A DNA stretch of 64,000 nucleotides, taken from the NCBI RefSeq assembly GCF_022539665.2, contig NC_081332.1, positions 682,001 through 746,000 of the forward strand, read 5' to 3'. The notes beneath the pieces are model-generated. The model did no database searches. It was not told where the DNA came from and was given only the letters and a program-made list of their open reading frames with translations. This stretch comes from Daphnia carinata (Eukaryota). The translations under genes and the position numbers were made by a program. The number at the start of each line of letters is the position of its first letter. The stretch's first letter is position 1. Positions 46,286 to 64,000 of this stretch are shown here, piece by piece.

Positions 46286-48397
46286 TGCCCTTAAAACAGT
46301 TCCTTTTCATAGCATATCACAGCTTCCAGACTGTATTGATCATGAGGCTTTCCATCTTCCGTGAAGCTGCAACATCAGGATCCCATGTATCCTACACAAC
46401 ATACTTTTTCGTCAAATTGAACTAACAGAGCTCAATAAGATCCCTGAACAGTATTAAAAAAAAAGGTAGATTTAAGTGATCATGACTTGTCATTCATAGA
46501 TTAGTACTACCAGCCAATTACGCAGACAGCGACAGAGTTGCTGTTTTGTAAATAAAAATATCAATTTGATTTAATGATCTGCTTTGTTTGCATCAGTTGT
46601 TCACCGATAATTGGAAGATAGCTCATTGAATGTTTCATCCACTTCTGTTTTTCTGCTGTTGTTTGTGATTCACAAGATTTTTTTCTCTCAGTTCTCTGTC
46701 GGCTAATAGACAAACATTCCTTTCATACCTAAAGAGTCCATGTATGATGTTCATCTCTGAAATGGCAGCAAAGTAAAATATCTTTAGGGCCATTTAAGTA
46801 CCCAGTTTCACCAATACTCTGAACGTAAAGGACAAGTTGTTCTTTAGCCAGAGAAGCAGAATTATTTGAGGCTTCTAGCTATGACAGAACTATAAAGGAT
46901 TGCTGTTGTACCGGATTCATTAACACAAGATGGTACTTCTCATTAGACAATATGCATAACTCTATTACTTTACCTCTCACCTTAATGGTAATGCACTCTC
47001 AGTGTTTTTTCAACTACAGGCTGACTCTTCCATCCTGTAATACTTCCAGACTTGACCCCCCCGCTAAAATTCTGTGAATGCAAAATAATAGCATTAAAAT
47101 TACTTTTTTAAAAGACAAAAAACCGAGAAGTACCTAATCCATGTTTTATGTTGAACTCGTGCAATTTCTGGGTTTCCGTACCACACTCATTTTCAGCCCA
47201 AATACGGTCCCACAATTGTTCACTTCCTTCGCTGCATGGATTTATTACTAACAATTCTTTTAGTGCAGCACTAACAGAATTTAACTTTAACACACTGTCA
47301 GGTGGTAGACTGAATAACTAAATAATGAATAATTGTTTGTTAAAATTCTATACTTATTTTGAATTCTTATTTGAAAAGTTTAGGTACCTGACTGTGTTCG
47401 CCTAATGCCAATTTATCCTCATGTTCAGTTAGGGATGAGTTTGGAAAAACCTCCTTCACTGTTTGGAAAGTGTCTCGTTCTAACTTGTTCTTTTCCCCTA
47501 GCTGAGCCTGTAGTTTCAAAATTTGAGCTACAAAACACGAATGAATAAAAGCAAATAAATAGAATCATTACGTATTAGGCCTACCATCCTTAGCTTTGTT
47601 GTTATCTAATATTTTGTGTTGTTCCAATAACTGGGCCTGCAGCTTCATAATTTGATCTAATAAACAATAATTAATAATTGAAAACCAAAATAATAATCTT
47701 TATACTTACCACTTTTTTGTTTTAATATCTTATCCATTTTTCAATTGCTCCTCCAGCCACGCAGTTTTCTCCAGCCACGCTGCTCAATAAAATGCAAATG
47801 GCATACAATTAACTGAAATTGCATACATACTTGTAATAACGAAACCGACGGGTAGATGGCTACGGGTGGAAAAAAGAGAAAAAAAGTGTGATTTTTTTTT
47901 TTCCGCCATTTTTTTTTTTTTTCATGTAAAACGGATTGCCATACATATCATATTTTCGACAGGAATTTCGATTTAATAGCCCTACAGGTAAATACCGCAA
48001 TGCAGTCCCACCTTTTCCAGTTGTCACTTTCCTAAAAAAAGACATTCAGCCACCTATGGCTTAAAATTTTTTTCGGTCAGTGTATGTAGAGAATTTACTA
48101 GAAATGTGACCGTTAGATGACGATAGTAGTAAAACAGAAAAAAAGGCCAAATATTTTTTATTTTTATTTGGGTAAAACAGCCATATATACAACCATGCTT
48201 TTATTTTTTGCTACTATCATTTCAAGTTTGAAAGTTGCACACGGGCAAATTAAAAATTGAACTTTAAATTCACGCCCTTGCTCGTGGGGAAAGGAAAATT
48301 TACGATTAAAACTCTTTGAGAAGCAAATTGGGAAGCCTGTGCAATTCCGATACAAAGCAAACACTACTATTTTTCGTAAATTCAAAACATTGGCGAA

Positions 48398-48679
48398 TTA
48401 TTCCATAATATCTTGTTGTGAAGCCACTGAGTCTTGCTCAAACTGGTCTCGCCCAGCCCTGTAATATGCAGATGGATAGTTGCCAGACTGGTGACGTTGC
48501 TGATTACGACCATGTGGAGACAAAAGACGAAATCCAATGGAAACTGCCTCGTCAACCATAAAGGCACTCAAAAACAGAAACAACTTTTCGGCATTGATAA
48601 TAAACCATATTAACTGAATTGCTGTTGAAAACTTTAGAAATTTTCTTACCACGAAAACAAGGGAAGAAAATGTTTTCAT
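48398..48679 (-). CDS. Small secreted peptide, probably 2 exons
   Basis: MKTFSSL start exon, hydrophobic signal, Q/Y/R-rich mature part. Confidence 0.55.
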   Translation of the reverse strand: MKTFSSLVFVVRKFLKFSTAIQLIWFIINAEKLFLFLSAFMVDEAVSIGFRLLSPHGRNQQRHQSGNYPSAYYRAGRDQFEQDSVASQQDIME

Positions 48680-49266
48680 CTTTTTAAGTTCTTTTCAGAA
48701 TATCAAGCAGACGTCTGCACTAACCACAATGTTCTTGATGAATACTGCTAGCCTAGTCTTTTCTAGACTTTCCCGGGCAATTAAACAAAGACTGTTTTAA
48801 TAGCCACACCCTACGACCGATATACATTTTAGAGGCAGCAACTTGATTCGTTGGCATTACAACTGGATTCTTTACAGCGATTGCCATGCTTGGAAAACTC
48901 TAAACATGTTCATGCGATTCAAATATTTGTTTATGTTCTGACCGATTTTTGTTAGCTAGAGGCATCAGGTCGAGGAATGCAGACAAACTGGTTGTACGAT
49001 GGCGAACATTGTTTGCACAATGACGAAATCCACTGGGTTCGATGGCCGAATGATTAACCACCAAACCATTTTTACCACACAATTTTCACGTTGAGCGTAC
49101 AACGGGAAGTGGGAAGCACATTGAGAAAGACCACCAAGGTGATTAAATAGATATGTAAATTATAATCAGAAACGAAACAACTCGTAGCTTCTACGATAAC
49201 AGAACTACATCGTCAATTTAATAACGATGAACATTGACGATATCTAAATTACTTTAATTGTTTTGC

Positions 49267-49582
49267 TTAATATTGTTGTCTTTTGTAAACATGTGGAATG
49301 GACTTTTGCTGATAATATCCGTTTCGCCTACCGCCGTACGAAGATGGATTAGAAGACGTGGGGAGATAGACGTATGACGCGTATCCTGATACTGGCTGAA
49401 ATCGAAACTGGTAAAGAGGAGCTCCACTCGAAGGATACCGTACAGAATATGGGTTGTCGGCCACAACAGCGACCACCAGAACAAACGTCAGCTTTTAGGC
49501 ATGGAAAGAAAAAAAAAGTGTCAATAGAACAAACTTAGAGTTAAGTACTCAAACTCACCATCAATGTTATGAAGCTCTTCAT
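49267..49582 (-). CDS. Small Tyr-rich secreted peptide, 2 exons
   Basis: MKSFITLM|LTFVLVVAVVADNPYSVRYP...; GT-AG intron. Confidence 0.7.
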
Positions 49583-50027
49583 CCCGGATTAGTTGACTGC
49601 AGACTGTGCAAATCGAACTATGAGTCAACTGCTATTTAACTCGAGGGAATTATTTGTCTTTACTGTGAGCTTGAAAAGCAAACAAACTTCCTATTTAAAA
49701 TCAGGTTTTTTTCTTCTTCTCGCCATATCAAGTTGGAACCGAAGATGGATGAATCTTTCATTTTCATCACAACTTCTTCCCAGAAAACTGGTTTAGAGAT
49801 CTCAACAATAAAATGCGACGTAAGTGTCACCCAGTTTGTTTTTCCTTAACAGGACCGTAATTTAACAATCAGGCCAATTAGATGACGACATGCAAGATTC
49901 CTTACATACTATCTAACTTGACATAAGAATTTGTGTAACTGTATATATTGCTACGTTTTCATACTACAACTCGTAAACATCTTACGTTGTAGAAGATCAA
50001 GTCTTTGCAAACTTCTGGAAACAGCTG

Positions 50028-50320
50028 TTAGCCTCTAGCATGGCCTATGGCTCCGTAGACAAACGTAATTGGGAAGGGATAATAATCATGATAGTGATTA
50101 CTGTAGTCTTCGTAGACGTTGTAATGCTGGTTTTGCTGGCGGGGATACTGATCAAGAGATGACCCGCTTTGAATAGGATGATAACGACGTGCTCCATTTA
50201 CAATAACGGCGTGAATGCCTAGCAGTAGAAACATCTGGTGTGAAGCCAAATTGAGAAGTTAGATAAGAGTAACATCTTTAATAGAAAGAAACTTACCAGG
50301 AAAATGAGAGAGCTCTTCAT
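50028..50320 (-). CDS. Small Tyr/His-rich secreted peptide, 2 exons
   Basis: MKSSLIFL|MFLLLGIHAVIVNGARRYHP...; GT-AG intron. Confidence 0.65.
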
Positions 50321-51912
50321 CCTACATACGTCAAGAATAGACTGTGAATAATGCACTGCATGCCAACAGGCCAACACCTTTTTTTTTGTTGAATATGCAG
50401 GGCCTTTTCCAGAAACCTTTTAGGGTCACGAACATTTCGTCGAATTGATCTCTGGAAGCCGAATCTCGTTTTTTGTTTCTTTTCCGAAATGTAATTCAAA
50501 AATTTTAAATCTGAACTGCGTAGATACGGACGAAAAAGAAAAACAAGTTTCTTGAAAAGCAGCAAAAATAAGTCGAATTCCTAAAAGGAAAGAGGTTTCT
50601 TAGAATGTGAATTAGCAATCCCAACGTAAAATTCTTCAACTTCTACGTTTATCCCTCTTAAGCAATTATAGTATTTGGAAAAAATATTTTAAAAATTACA
50701 TAAGTACCACTTTAGCAAACGTGTTACACTTTAATCCGTAATAATCCAAGGCAAAAACGGGCGGCAAATTTCTAACGATTAAACGAAAAAATGAAATTGA
50801 ATACCACATATCACTACCCGTGAGTAGATAATTTGGAAACTGTCGGTATTGCAACCAGGATTCACAGCAAGCTTTTTCACTTTTACCTTTTTTTAATGCA
50901 GGATATCTCACTTCAATTTCACCCGTCTTTTGCTCCACATTTTCAAAACTACTGCGTACAATCCGAATTGAAGAGTGTTCGCCAACATTACGCGTTTGTT
51001 TCCCAAAAATAATCTTCAAATAAAACGTTATGAATTAGTGGCAATATGACAGAATACTCAATAAACATGTGCCCACCATTTCAAGTATTAGCAAGCTTAC
51101 AAGAGTTGAGCAGGTGGAAGTATCCTTTTGAAGTCCCTTCCTAGGCTATGTAATGCAGGAATGAATCGCTGGAAACTAAGAGTCAAAATACATGGAAATT
51201 AACTTTAGTCTTGTAACATTATGTAGAACATCATACAAACAAACTACTCTACACAGCTATGAGCATCATTTTCTATGAGAACAACATTTTAAAAATCAGA
51301 TATTTCTCCGCGTCCAGTGTCTTCAAGAATACTACTGTACTTTAGAATACGTTAGGTCACGAGGTCATACCAGTAACATATTCGAATTTCTTTTTCAAAC
51401 TATAATCCTGATCTCACACACTAACGTAAAAATTCATTTTCGATAAAAAATTTTGTTTACCTTAAGTGCTTTTTATCGTTTAATTACTCAATTTAGTTAT
51501 TTTTCCGTTACAATGGCCGCAGCAATGTCTTCCAGTAATGAACATGCCAGAGGAACACATAGTACTTCAAGTTGCATGACTGTGCAAAAGCCTGCCATTA
51601 AATGGCTAACCAGAGTTGCCAGTCCGAGTTCGGCATAAGTAAATAAAATAACTAAAAAATTTCGAAAATTACAAGAGATTTTACCTGTATAAAAAAGCAG
51701 GAACGATTAAAGGTAGTGATGACATTCAAGTATTTATTGGTAGATATTGTATTTTTCTGTTTCTACTTCATTAAGCCACGTTGCCATGATTTGCTTGAAA
51801 TAGTGACTTAAAAATTCCCACTGAATCCCAAATATAACTTATTATAAATTTATCAAAATAGGTCTTTAGGTTGCAGAAGAGGCGTCAAAAGGAGATTTTA
51901 CCAGAATACCCA

Positions 51913-52497
51913 TTAGTATCTGGATCCAAAGTTTAGGTATGGATTGGGTGGGGGAACTGGCAAATGGTCACCCGATGGCTGGTAGCCATTTTCATCGGCA
52001 ACCCAGGACAAGGAGATTCTCTCGCCTTCTGGAGAAATCCAGTAAACAGATCCCTGGTTGGTGTTTCCGTAAGCTTTATCGTAACTAGGTTTGCCATACG
52101 AATCGTAGTTGGTTACAGGTATCAACTTCTGGACCTGCGACTCTTGGCGAGCAGTGTAGTCGGATTGCAGGTAACTATAGATCATTAAAAAAATAAGCAA
52201 AGCAATCATGGCAAGAATAAAATTCTGAAAGAAACGTACTCGAACGAGCTGCTGCCATCCGGTTTGCGGTAATCGGATTGGTTTATGATGTAAATACCGG
52301 AGTAATCTTTGCCATCGTTATAGTTTTGGGAGCCATAGTTAGACTGCTGGTAGCCAGTTTGCCCGTACGATGATGGGGCAGCGGCAGCAACGGCGATGAG
52401 GGCAGCAATGATATACTTAAAATTTCAAAGAGTTAAAGAAAAGAACATGAGTAAAAATGTAGCACAAAATTAACAAAGTTTAATTTACCAGCTTCAT
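51913..52497 (-). CDS. RR-1 type cuticle protein (chitin-binding), 3 exons
   Basis: MKL|YIIAALIAVAAA signal, QGSVYWISPEGERISLSWVADENGYQPSGDHLP R&R motif, TATA box near 52560. Confidence 0.9.
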
Positions 52498-53517
52498 GTT
52501 GATCTGTTGGATTTTGTTCTACGGATTGTAGTGAAGAACAAATAAATCGCTTGCCTTTATATGCCCAAACGGTTTGGTGAAGGGCCATTAATTTGGTTTG
52601 ACTTTGACCCTTTTCCATTGTACATTACACGTCCCAGACGGAAATAGTCTTGCAAAACAAACGAATGTTACCGATACGTTTGCTAACCTTAATTTAAAGA
52701 CGGTGCAGAACTGTAGCACACATTAGCAATAGTATTTATAGAATCAATTTGCAAATACCTAAGTGCTCCTTGAAGTGGTGAGTGTAACCGTCATTAACAT
52801 TTCCTAAAATATACAGTTCAAGGTTCACTTGAAAGAGAACATGCCAATGTTGCTATCCAATTGCAAACGTTTCGCTGATTTTCCAATGCAAATTTATCGC
52901 TAAAAAGGGGACATGTCTCATCACTAGTCACGAAATTCTAGTCCCAATATGGAATTTGACTAATGTCCGGCCAGCTGGTTTCAATAAACAGGCAACGAGG
53001 AAATGCTCTTCTAATCAGAAAATATTTTTAAAATTAATCAGTGCATCCCATTAAATGGAACTCATTATAAGAACATTAATATCTACCATTTAAAAATATA
53101 TAATAAGTAGAATGGACAGAATTTCGTAAGCACGTCATTCATCAAGACAGCTTTCACATTTGTATGTCACAATTAACCCTCTTTTCTTAATTGCATGGTT
53201 GATTTCCCACCAGATTGTAGCATGCATTGAAAACCTATTAAGTTGAACATTTAGAATGTTGCCTAAAATAATTTGCATATGATGGTACTTGTAGTGTTGT
53301 GAAGGGCGGAAATAACATCATCACAAGCTATTTCATTAACTTAGGACAGCTGTGCTACCATTTTCGCCTAAATGTTTTCTTCAGTGACGGTCCTATTAAA
53401 AAGCAGTATAAATAGATAGCTCAGCCTCAGTGTTTAATTAGTTTCCATCTACTTTTGAAGAAGAAACATCTTTTAGCTCAATTTAAAAATTCCAAGTTTG
53501 ATTATACTTAAATTACG

Positions 53518-54331
53518 ATGGTGTTATTTCTTCCGTTGTTCTTTAAACTTGTTATCATCTGTGAGGTGAACTTCGATATTTTCTTGCTCAGTTTTTTAAA
53601 TTTTGCATTAATATTCTGCTCCATCAAGGTGATCCTCTACTTGATTTTGGGTGCGAAATTTTTCGTGTCGAAGGCTCTGCTGGCGAAAAAAGAAAAAATT
53701 ACTGATTTCATTAGAGGAACGACGTCAACTACTCCGCAGGCAATCACAACGAATGCTGTGACAATAATACCTACAACTGAAACAGCGATGACAACCGCTG
53801 CTCTCGTGTGTTTGGATGCCCCAACTTGCACTAATTGTACTTTATTATTAAGTATGTTTTTTCTAAATAACTTGCATATTATGTCTTTGCAGCCTGTGGT
53901 GTTTGTACGGATGTCACGTCTACTGGAGGTACGATCCAATCTCGTAACTTCCCCGACGATTACGATGGCTATGGCAATGGGTTTGGACCTTTAGATTGCA
54001 TTTTCGCCATCAAAGTATGTCCTGGAAAGAAAATACAATTGACATTTACACAATTTGTCGTCGAGAGCTGTTGTGACACAGTTACTGTAAGCCATTGCTG
54101 GACTTGTGAGACTATGTTTTATTAAATTGATTTTGTTGCAAAAAGGTATTTGATGGGACATCAACAGATGGAACACTCTTACCTCCCACTTCTGGTTACA
54201 CTATTCCCTCATCTAGCATTACTACATCGAATAAAATGACGGTAACGTTCAACAGTGATGGCAATAATAACGCTCTATTTCCTCAATCGTTGAGACCAGG
54301 AAAATGGCAAGCGACTTTCACCGTTGTATGA
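53518..54331 (+). CDS. CUB-domain protein with a Thr-rich linker, 4 exons
   Basis: CG...GGTIQSRNFPDDY...CIFAIKV.PGKKIQLTFTQFVVESCCDTVT|VFDG...SNKMTVTFNSD. Confidence 0.85.
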
Positions 54332-54849
54332 AATACTTGCCTTCGTAGCACCCATGACTTTGATGAAATAATTGATTAGCTCACACTATAATTTTAATCG
54401 TTTCTTGTCCTTACTCTCTTCTCATTTAAACAACTGAATGCATAAATTCTAAGTAAATTGTCACTGAAGAGTGTGCCTAAATTATACCCTAAGTCCCTTA
54501 CCCTAACCCCACCAGCCCAACACCGTTGCCACATTTGAACAAATAATCTTGTTGATGAAAAAATAGATGAATCAAATCAAATTTTAGAACTCCATCTATA
54601 CTGCTAATTGAACCGAAAGAGTTTGGTCAATAAATCTAAACCCATAAATATGAGGATGTCCAACATTTTTATTTTGAAAGAAAGGCAGAGATTTAGGAAA
54701 TATGTCATCTGGCCAGCAGACGACATCCTTTGGAAAAGAAATAAATATTTGAAATAGGGAGATAAATTGTTACAGTAGTAGGTCGACAATCATCTTCAAT
54801 TTGAAAAAGAAAACTTCATCTGTCAGTTTACAACATTTTCAGAGTCTAC

Positions 54850-55523
54850 TTAGTTTTTGGCCTTGTATTTTTGTGGGGCAGGCTGGTAGGAGGCAACAGG
54901 TTCAGAGTACGCCGGGGCGGTGTAAGCAGGAGGCGTATAAGCCGGTGCTGGATAGGCTGCAGCGCCGCCATCTCCATGATTGTATTCCCAGTAATGCTCT
55001 CCGTAGCCATCTTGGGCATCAGCCCACTTGACCTATTATTGTTATCGAAATATTTAAAACAATGTTTGTTTACAACCAAGTAGAATCAATCACTAAAAAT
55101 ATACAGAAAATGTAATGTTTTTATACCTTGGTGCGGAAACGATGATCTTTGGATTGTTCGTAACGGGAAGCATAATGCGCAGCATCGCCACGGTTGAAAC
55201 CAAATTCGTATTCTTTCTCTCCGGGTACGTTAGCATATTGGAAGTAGCCATCGTATTTCTTCTCCAAGGGAGGCGGTGCTGCCATAACAGCCGCCATAAC
55301 GGCACCCAAAACAAGCACCTATTGCACAATGCCAATAATTAGCACTTTAACGATAAAGGTATTCAAAACAAATTCAAATAAATCGAAGAAAAACTCTACT
55401 ATCAAAACGAAGTCTATCACAAAGTCCGTTCACCTAAAGCTTACGTTTTAAAATTTACTTAAACTTAACAACAGTTAAAAGAAGTAACTCGAAAGAGGAA
55501 CTTACAACAATGGAGGTCTTCAT
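54850..55523 (-). CDS. Secreted cuticle-type protein, paralog of 21910-22965, with a short PAY-repeat tail
   Basis: YDGYFQYANVPGEKEYEFGFNRG...FRTK|VKWADAQDGYGEHYWEYNHG, same intron position as the paralog; TATA box near 55580. Confidence 0.85.
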
Positions 55524-58469
55524 GTTTGGCAATACAAGACAAGACTGCGAATATCTTCCTTGATGGCATCGGGGCTTTATATACCCCTTCCCTGTTCCGT
55601 ACCCACAGCCAGACAGACACAATGACGTGTCATTTGCATATTATGGAAGTAATGTGGGAATAATAACATTGGGGCCGGCATCAGGGTGACCACTGGAAGG
55701 CAATCGCTGCAAAACCGCTTCTTCTTGGCATAAAACAAAAAAAAAAATAATAATGACATTTCAAGGTCATTCACGGTACTCGCGGCTTATCGTGACTGAG
55801 AACATATGTAGGTGCATAGATCAAATTTGTGGGATAGCACCGACAAAAGAAAATACCTGCTGATGAGAATTTCTACCTGAATTATCCTACATACAGTACT
55901 GGGTTGAACATTCTTCCGCAAAGTTTTCTTGTTATTATGGTAGGAACTTGAGATCAGCTGTGGCGATGACACAGGTTAAAGTGTCACTCTTTATCCCACA
56001 CTCAACCTATAAAAAAAAAGGAATAAATAGCAATAGAATTAAAATGTATTTACTTAAACGAGAATTTGTTTACTTATTCGACGTTGAATGAGGCCATCAT
56101 TTCAAAATTGCTCATTTTCTCATGTTTCCGCGGCCTCTATGAAATACGAGCTTTTCGGTATATACCCACTTTACAATTAGCTTTATGGTCCACTCCCGAA
56201 CGAAGATATAACCATAATTACCGTTCGTGGTGGCAGGTGCATCTTTTTCACCCACAGCGATAAACGCCCTTTGGCAACGATCAGTTTAGTTTTCGTACAA
56301 TTAAGCTACTGTATGTCAGAGGGGAAAAAATTGGAATTAATTTAATAATTAAGTTGCTGTCTGTGATATCACCGTCATTGTCGACAGACGTGTAATGCAA
56401 TTAGTCTATGACGGAAGAGTGGTGGGCACAATACGTCATCTGTTTTTCAACCGGTAAAATTGAAATTGTGTTGCCCAGCAAACGGGCGGAGCTGCCACCG
56501 GCAACATTAACCAAAATAGCACGTTACCCGATGCGAATCTGTTAAACAATAAATAGAAAATATTTGAATTTCTAAACGATTGAAAAATAATGTGATAATA
56601 CTTACAGATGTAACAGACGTTGCATTAATATCACAGATAGTCAGGCGTGAATCTAAAGTTGTTTTTTTTTTTTTCATAGCAGGTACATTTTCCTTTCAAC
56701 ATCGCCAAACAACTGAAATGGTGTTACATGTTTTGTGTTCATGACACATTCAGTGAAGCAATATGCTGTGGTGCAATTACTTAATGTGTAATTCATCCTT
56801 TTCAAGCATTTGTAAGTTGTTCACTTTACGGAGTGCCGTAAAATGGCAAAGTGGTTAATTAAGTGTTGGTTCAACTTACTGCAATGAATAGTGACTTGCA
56901 TATGGGCCAGCAGGAAACGATGGGCATCGCTGAGACGGTAGTAAAAAACGTCGTTCTTTTGCTACTTTCCATTGAAACCAATTCCATACAGGTATTTAAA
57001 AACAGGCATTTACGTAAATCAGACACATAGGTGATCAATTCAAGCACTTGACTTACCGATGTGATGAAACTCTTGTTCATTTCTGCTATACCAGCTATAA
57101 TTTAATGCCCCAAAAAAAGAATTAACAAAGCAAAGAGCTTTAAAAATAAAATGTAGGAAAACCAACGTGTTGAGTGACGTGTCAAGGTCGAAATTCACAC
57201 ATAGCCTTTTGTAGAACAGGTGGCTGTTTCCACGAAATGCAGAATTCTCAACTATAACCCATTAATTTACAGATTTTTTTCAGGTAAAGTTGATGCTACT
57301 CATGTAATTTTGGAGTTCAATAAAATAATAGTAATTGACACAAAATCTTACCCCATTATTCAACAGCTGACAAATTACGCCTCTTTGTTCTAGAAGCTTC
57401 TGCTAATCGTTAATGGCGGAAAATTCCAACTATCATGGTTTCTGTTTCAACGTTAGCAAATTGCTATAGTAATTTGTCTTTCTGGTTTCGGATCGGATAA
57501 AAGGAAGCTGTTCAGGAGATGCATCGGGAATCCCTGGAACGGCTAAAATCCAAATAGAGAAACGTTAAAATAAGAAGACGATCAAATCCAATATTGCTTA
57601 ACAATGAAGTAAATCATTCGGATGGATGAATCGAAGGACTCGAATGGATTTACTGATGAATTTTAGCATCGTCCAATCACTTGCTTTGCAGAGGATACAC
57701 AATTATTCTTTGGCGTACGAGATGGTCTTGTTTTGTGTTCGGCTCTCATAGACACTTGACCATTGACCTGGCATGGGCCACCAGTATCTTCTAATCATTA
57801 AAAATTTAGCTGGAATTCGCTTTCGTCTTTGGGCTTCATTCCTCTTCCTTGTGTTCCGCTTTTGCCATGAAAGTGATGTAACCGATGTTTAAATGTCTAG
57901 TACTGCATTGGACAGTGGTTCCTCATCGACAGCAAATTGGAATCCACTGTGTCCCACAGGATTCATCGACAGCCCAGAGGTTGTTGGAACGGCTGGCGGA
58001 AACGCCATCTGTTGGAGAAAATTATAATTATTTAAATCCACTAAAAAAACATGTGGCTCTCAACCCATTTCACTTTAAGATAACCGAATAAGACTTACAT
58101 TAGAGCGGTGCATCAGAATTACCAAGTACAAGTATCGCCTTAACCACTGGACCACCTAGCCGATAAGATCAAATCTCCAGGATATTAGTTCATAAATTTC
58201 CCTAGCATAAAAAGAAAATAAAATGAAAACCGCATATCCGCCAAATGGTAAAATGGAAAGATAACGAGAAGTAGGAGATGATTTCGCTATTGCCATGTTG
58301 AGATTTATAATGGGAAGCCACTTCCTCGTTTGGAATGATTTCTCCGTGCAGCTCTTCACGATCTACAGTAGCATTGTGTTAACGTTGCCTGTCGGTGTTC
58401 TCTAAATTTATCAAAGAAAATCAAAACGAAATTAGAAAAGTGGATTCCAAAGTAAAACCAACAAAAACA

Positions 58470-63671
<5,202 letters not shown>

Positions 63672-64000
63672 GACTTTGGTGACTCTTCCCTCGGAATGAT
63701 TTGCAATGAAATTTCAAGGACAAAAAAAAACAATTTCTATTTAGACCACCCCCTCTTCTTTACAGAAACGTTTAACGATTGTTGGCGAAGAAGAAACAAA
63801 AGAATGAGCACGTTGCTCAACTAGTGTTTGCACACACAAAAAAAACAATTCACTTTCAATTGGGAAATAATCTTTTACAAAATCCAATATTGGCGGGAAC
63901 AAACAATGTGCAAGGAAAGTTCTTTTTGGCTTTCAACTTATTCTTGTGTTTTAAACTAAATTTCGGTTTCTAAAGTACTAAAAATAAACTCTTAATTAAA

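Larger units (their letters stand above)
39005..47943. mobile_element. Non-autonomous IS3EU-like DNA transposon (fold-back element 2, 8939 bp) with cargo
   Basis: TIRs TATGGCAATCCGTTTTACA / TGTAAAACGGATTGCCATA and a perfect 6-bp TSD CATATC (38999-39004, 47944-47949). An empty-site paralog is at ~38571-38600. Arms are 39005-~41130 and 46716-47943. TAY..RTA ends plus a 6-bp TSD is the IS3EU signature. Confidence 0.8.

Noticed and set aside
54484..54510. Telomere-like CCCTAA motifs
   Set aside because: Only two or three degenerate units; consistent with chance.
55780..58160. Minus-strand exon-like segments, including a weak chitinase-like VTCYFG
   Set aside because: Multiple in-frame stops and too little similarity to support a call.

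Overview
Eukaryotic, AT-rich, short-intron genomic DNA. Gene content (expanded cuticle proteins, a PVR-type kinase, zinc-knuckle vasa, tandem tRNA units) suggests an arthropod, most likely a Daphnia-like crustacean (inference). Positions 1-11.1 kb hold a ~1077-bp tandem tRNA array (Val-TAC, Val-AAC, a Lys-derived pseudo-tRNA, intron-containing Asn-GTT) bracketed by two converging BEL/Pao LTR retrotransposons, followed by a 100-N gap. Positions 11.2-27 kb hold host genes: salvador, a Beat-family Ig protein, a repeat-rich cuticle-type protein and two convergent DUF4806-like genes. Positions 27.4-48 kb are an accessory region with two fold-back DNA elements that have TAT...ATA ends; one has a perfect 6-bp TSD, the IS3EU-type signature. 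These elements carry degenerate tRNA-like cloverleaves, two unrelated ~320-nt highly structured GC-rich modules (one with a predicted double pseudoknot) and, in one case, a captured vasa fragment; a second vasa pseudogene lies between them. Positions 48-64 kb hold small secreted peptides, cuticle proteins, a CUB protein and a PVR-like receptor kinase with an internal Ig-block duplication. The best candidates for novelty are the tRNA-mimic plus structured-RNA cassette inside the fold-back elements, and the completely different introns in otherwise near-identical tandem tRNA-Asn repeats. All calls were made by eye; no searches or folding programs were run.
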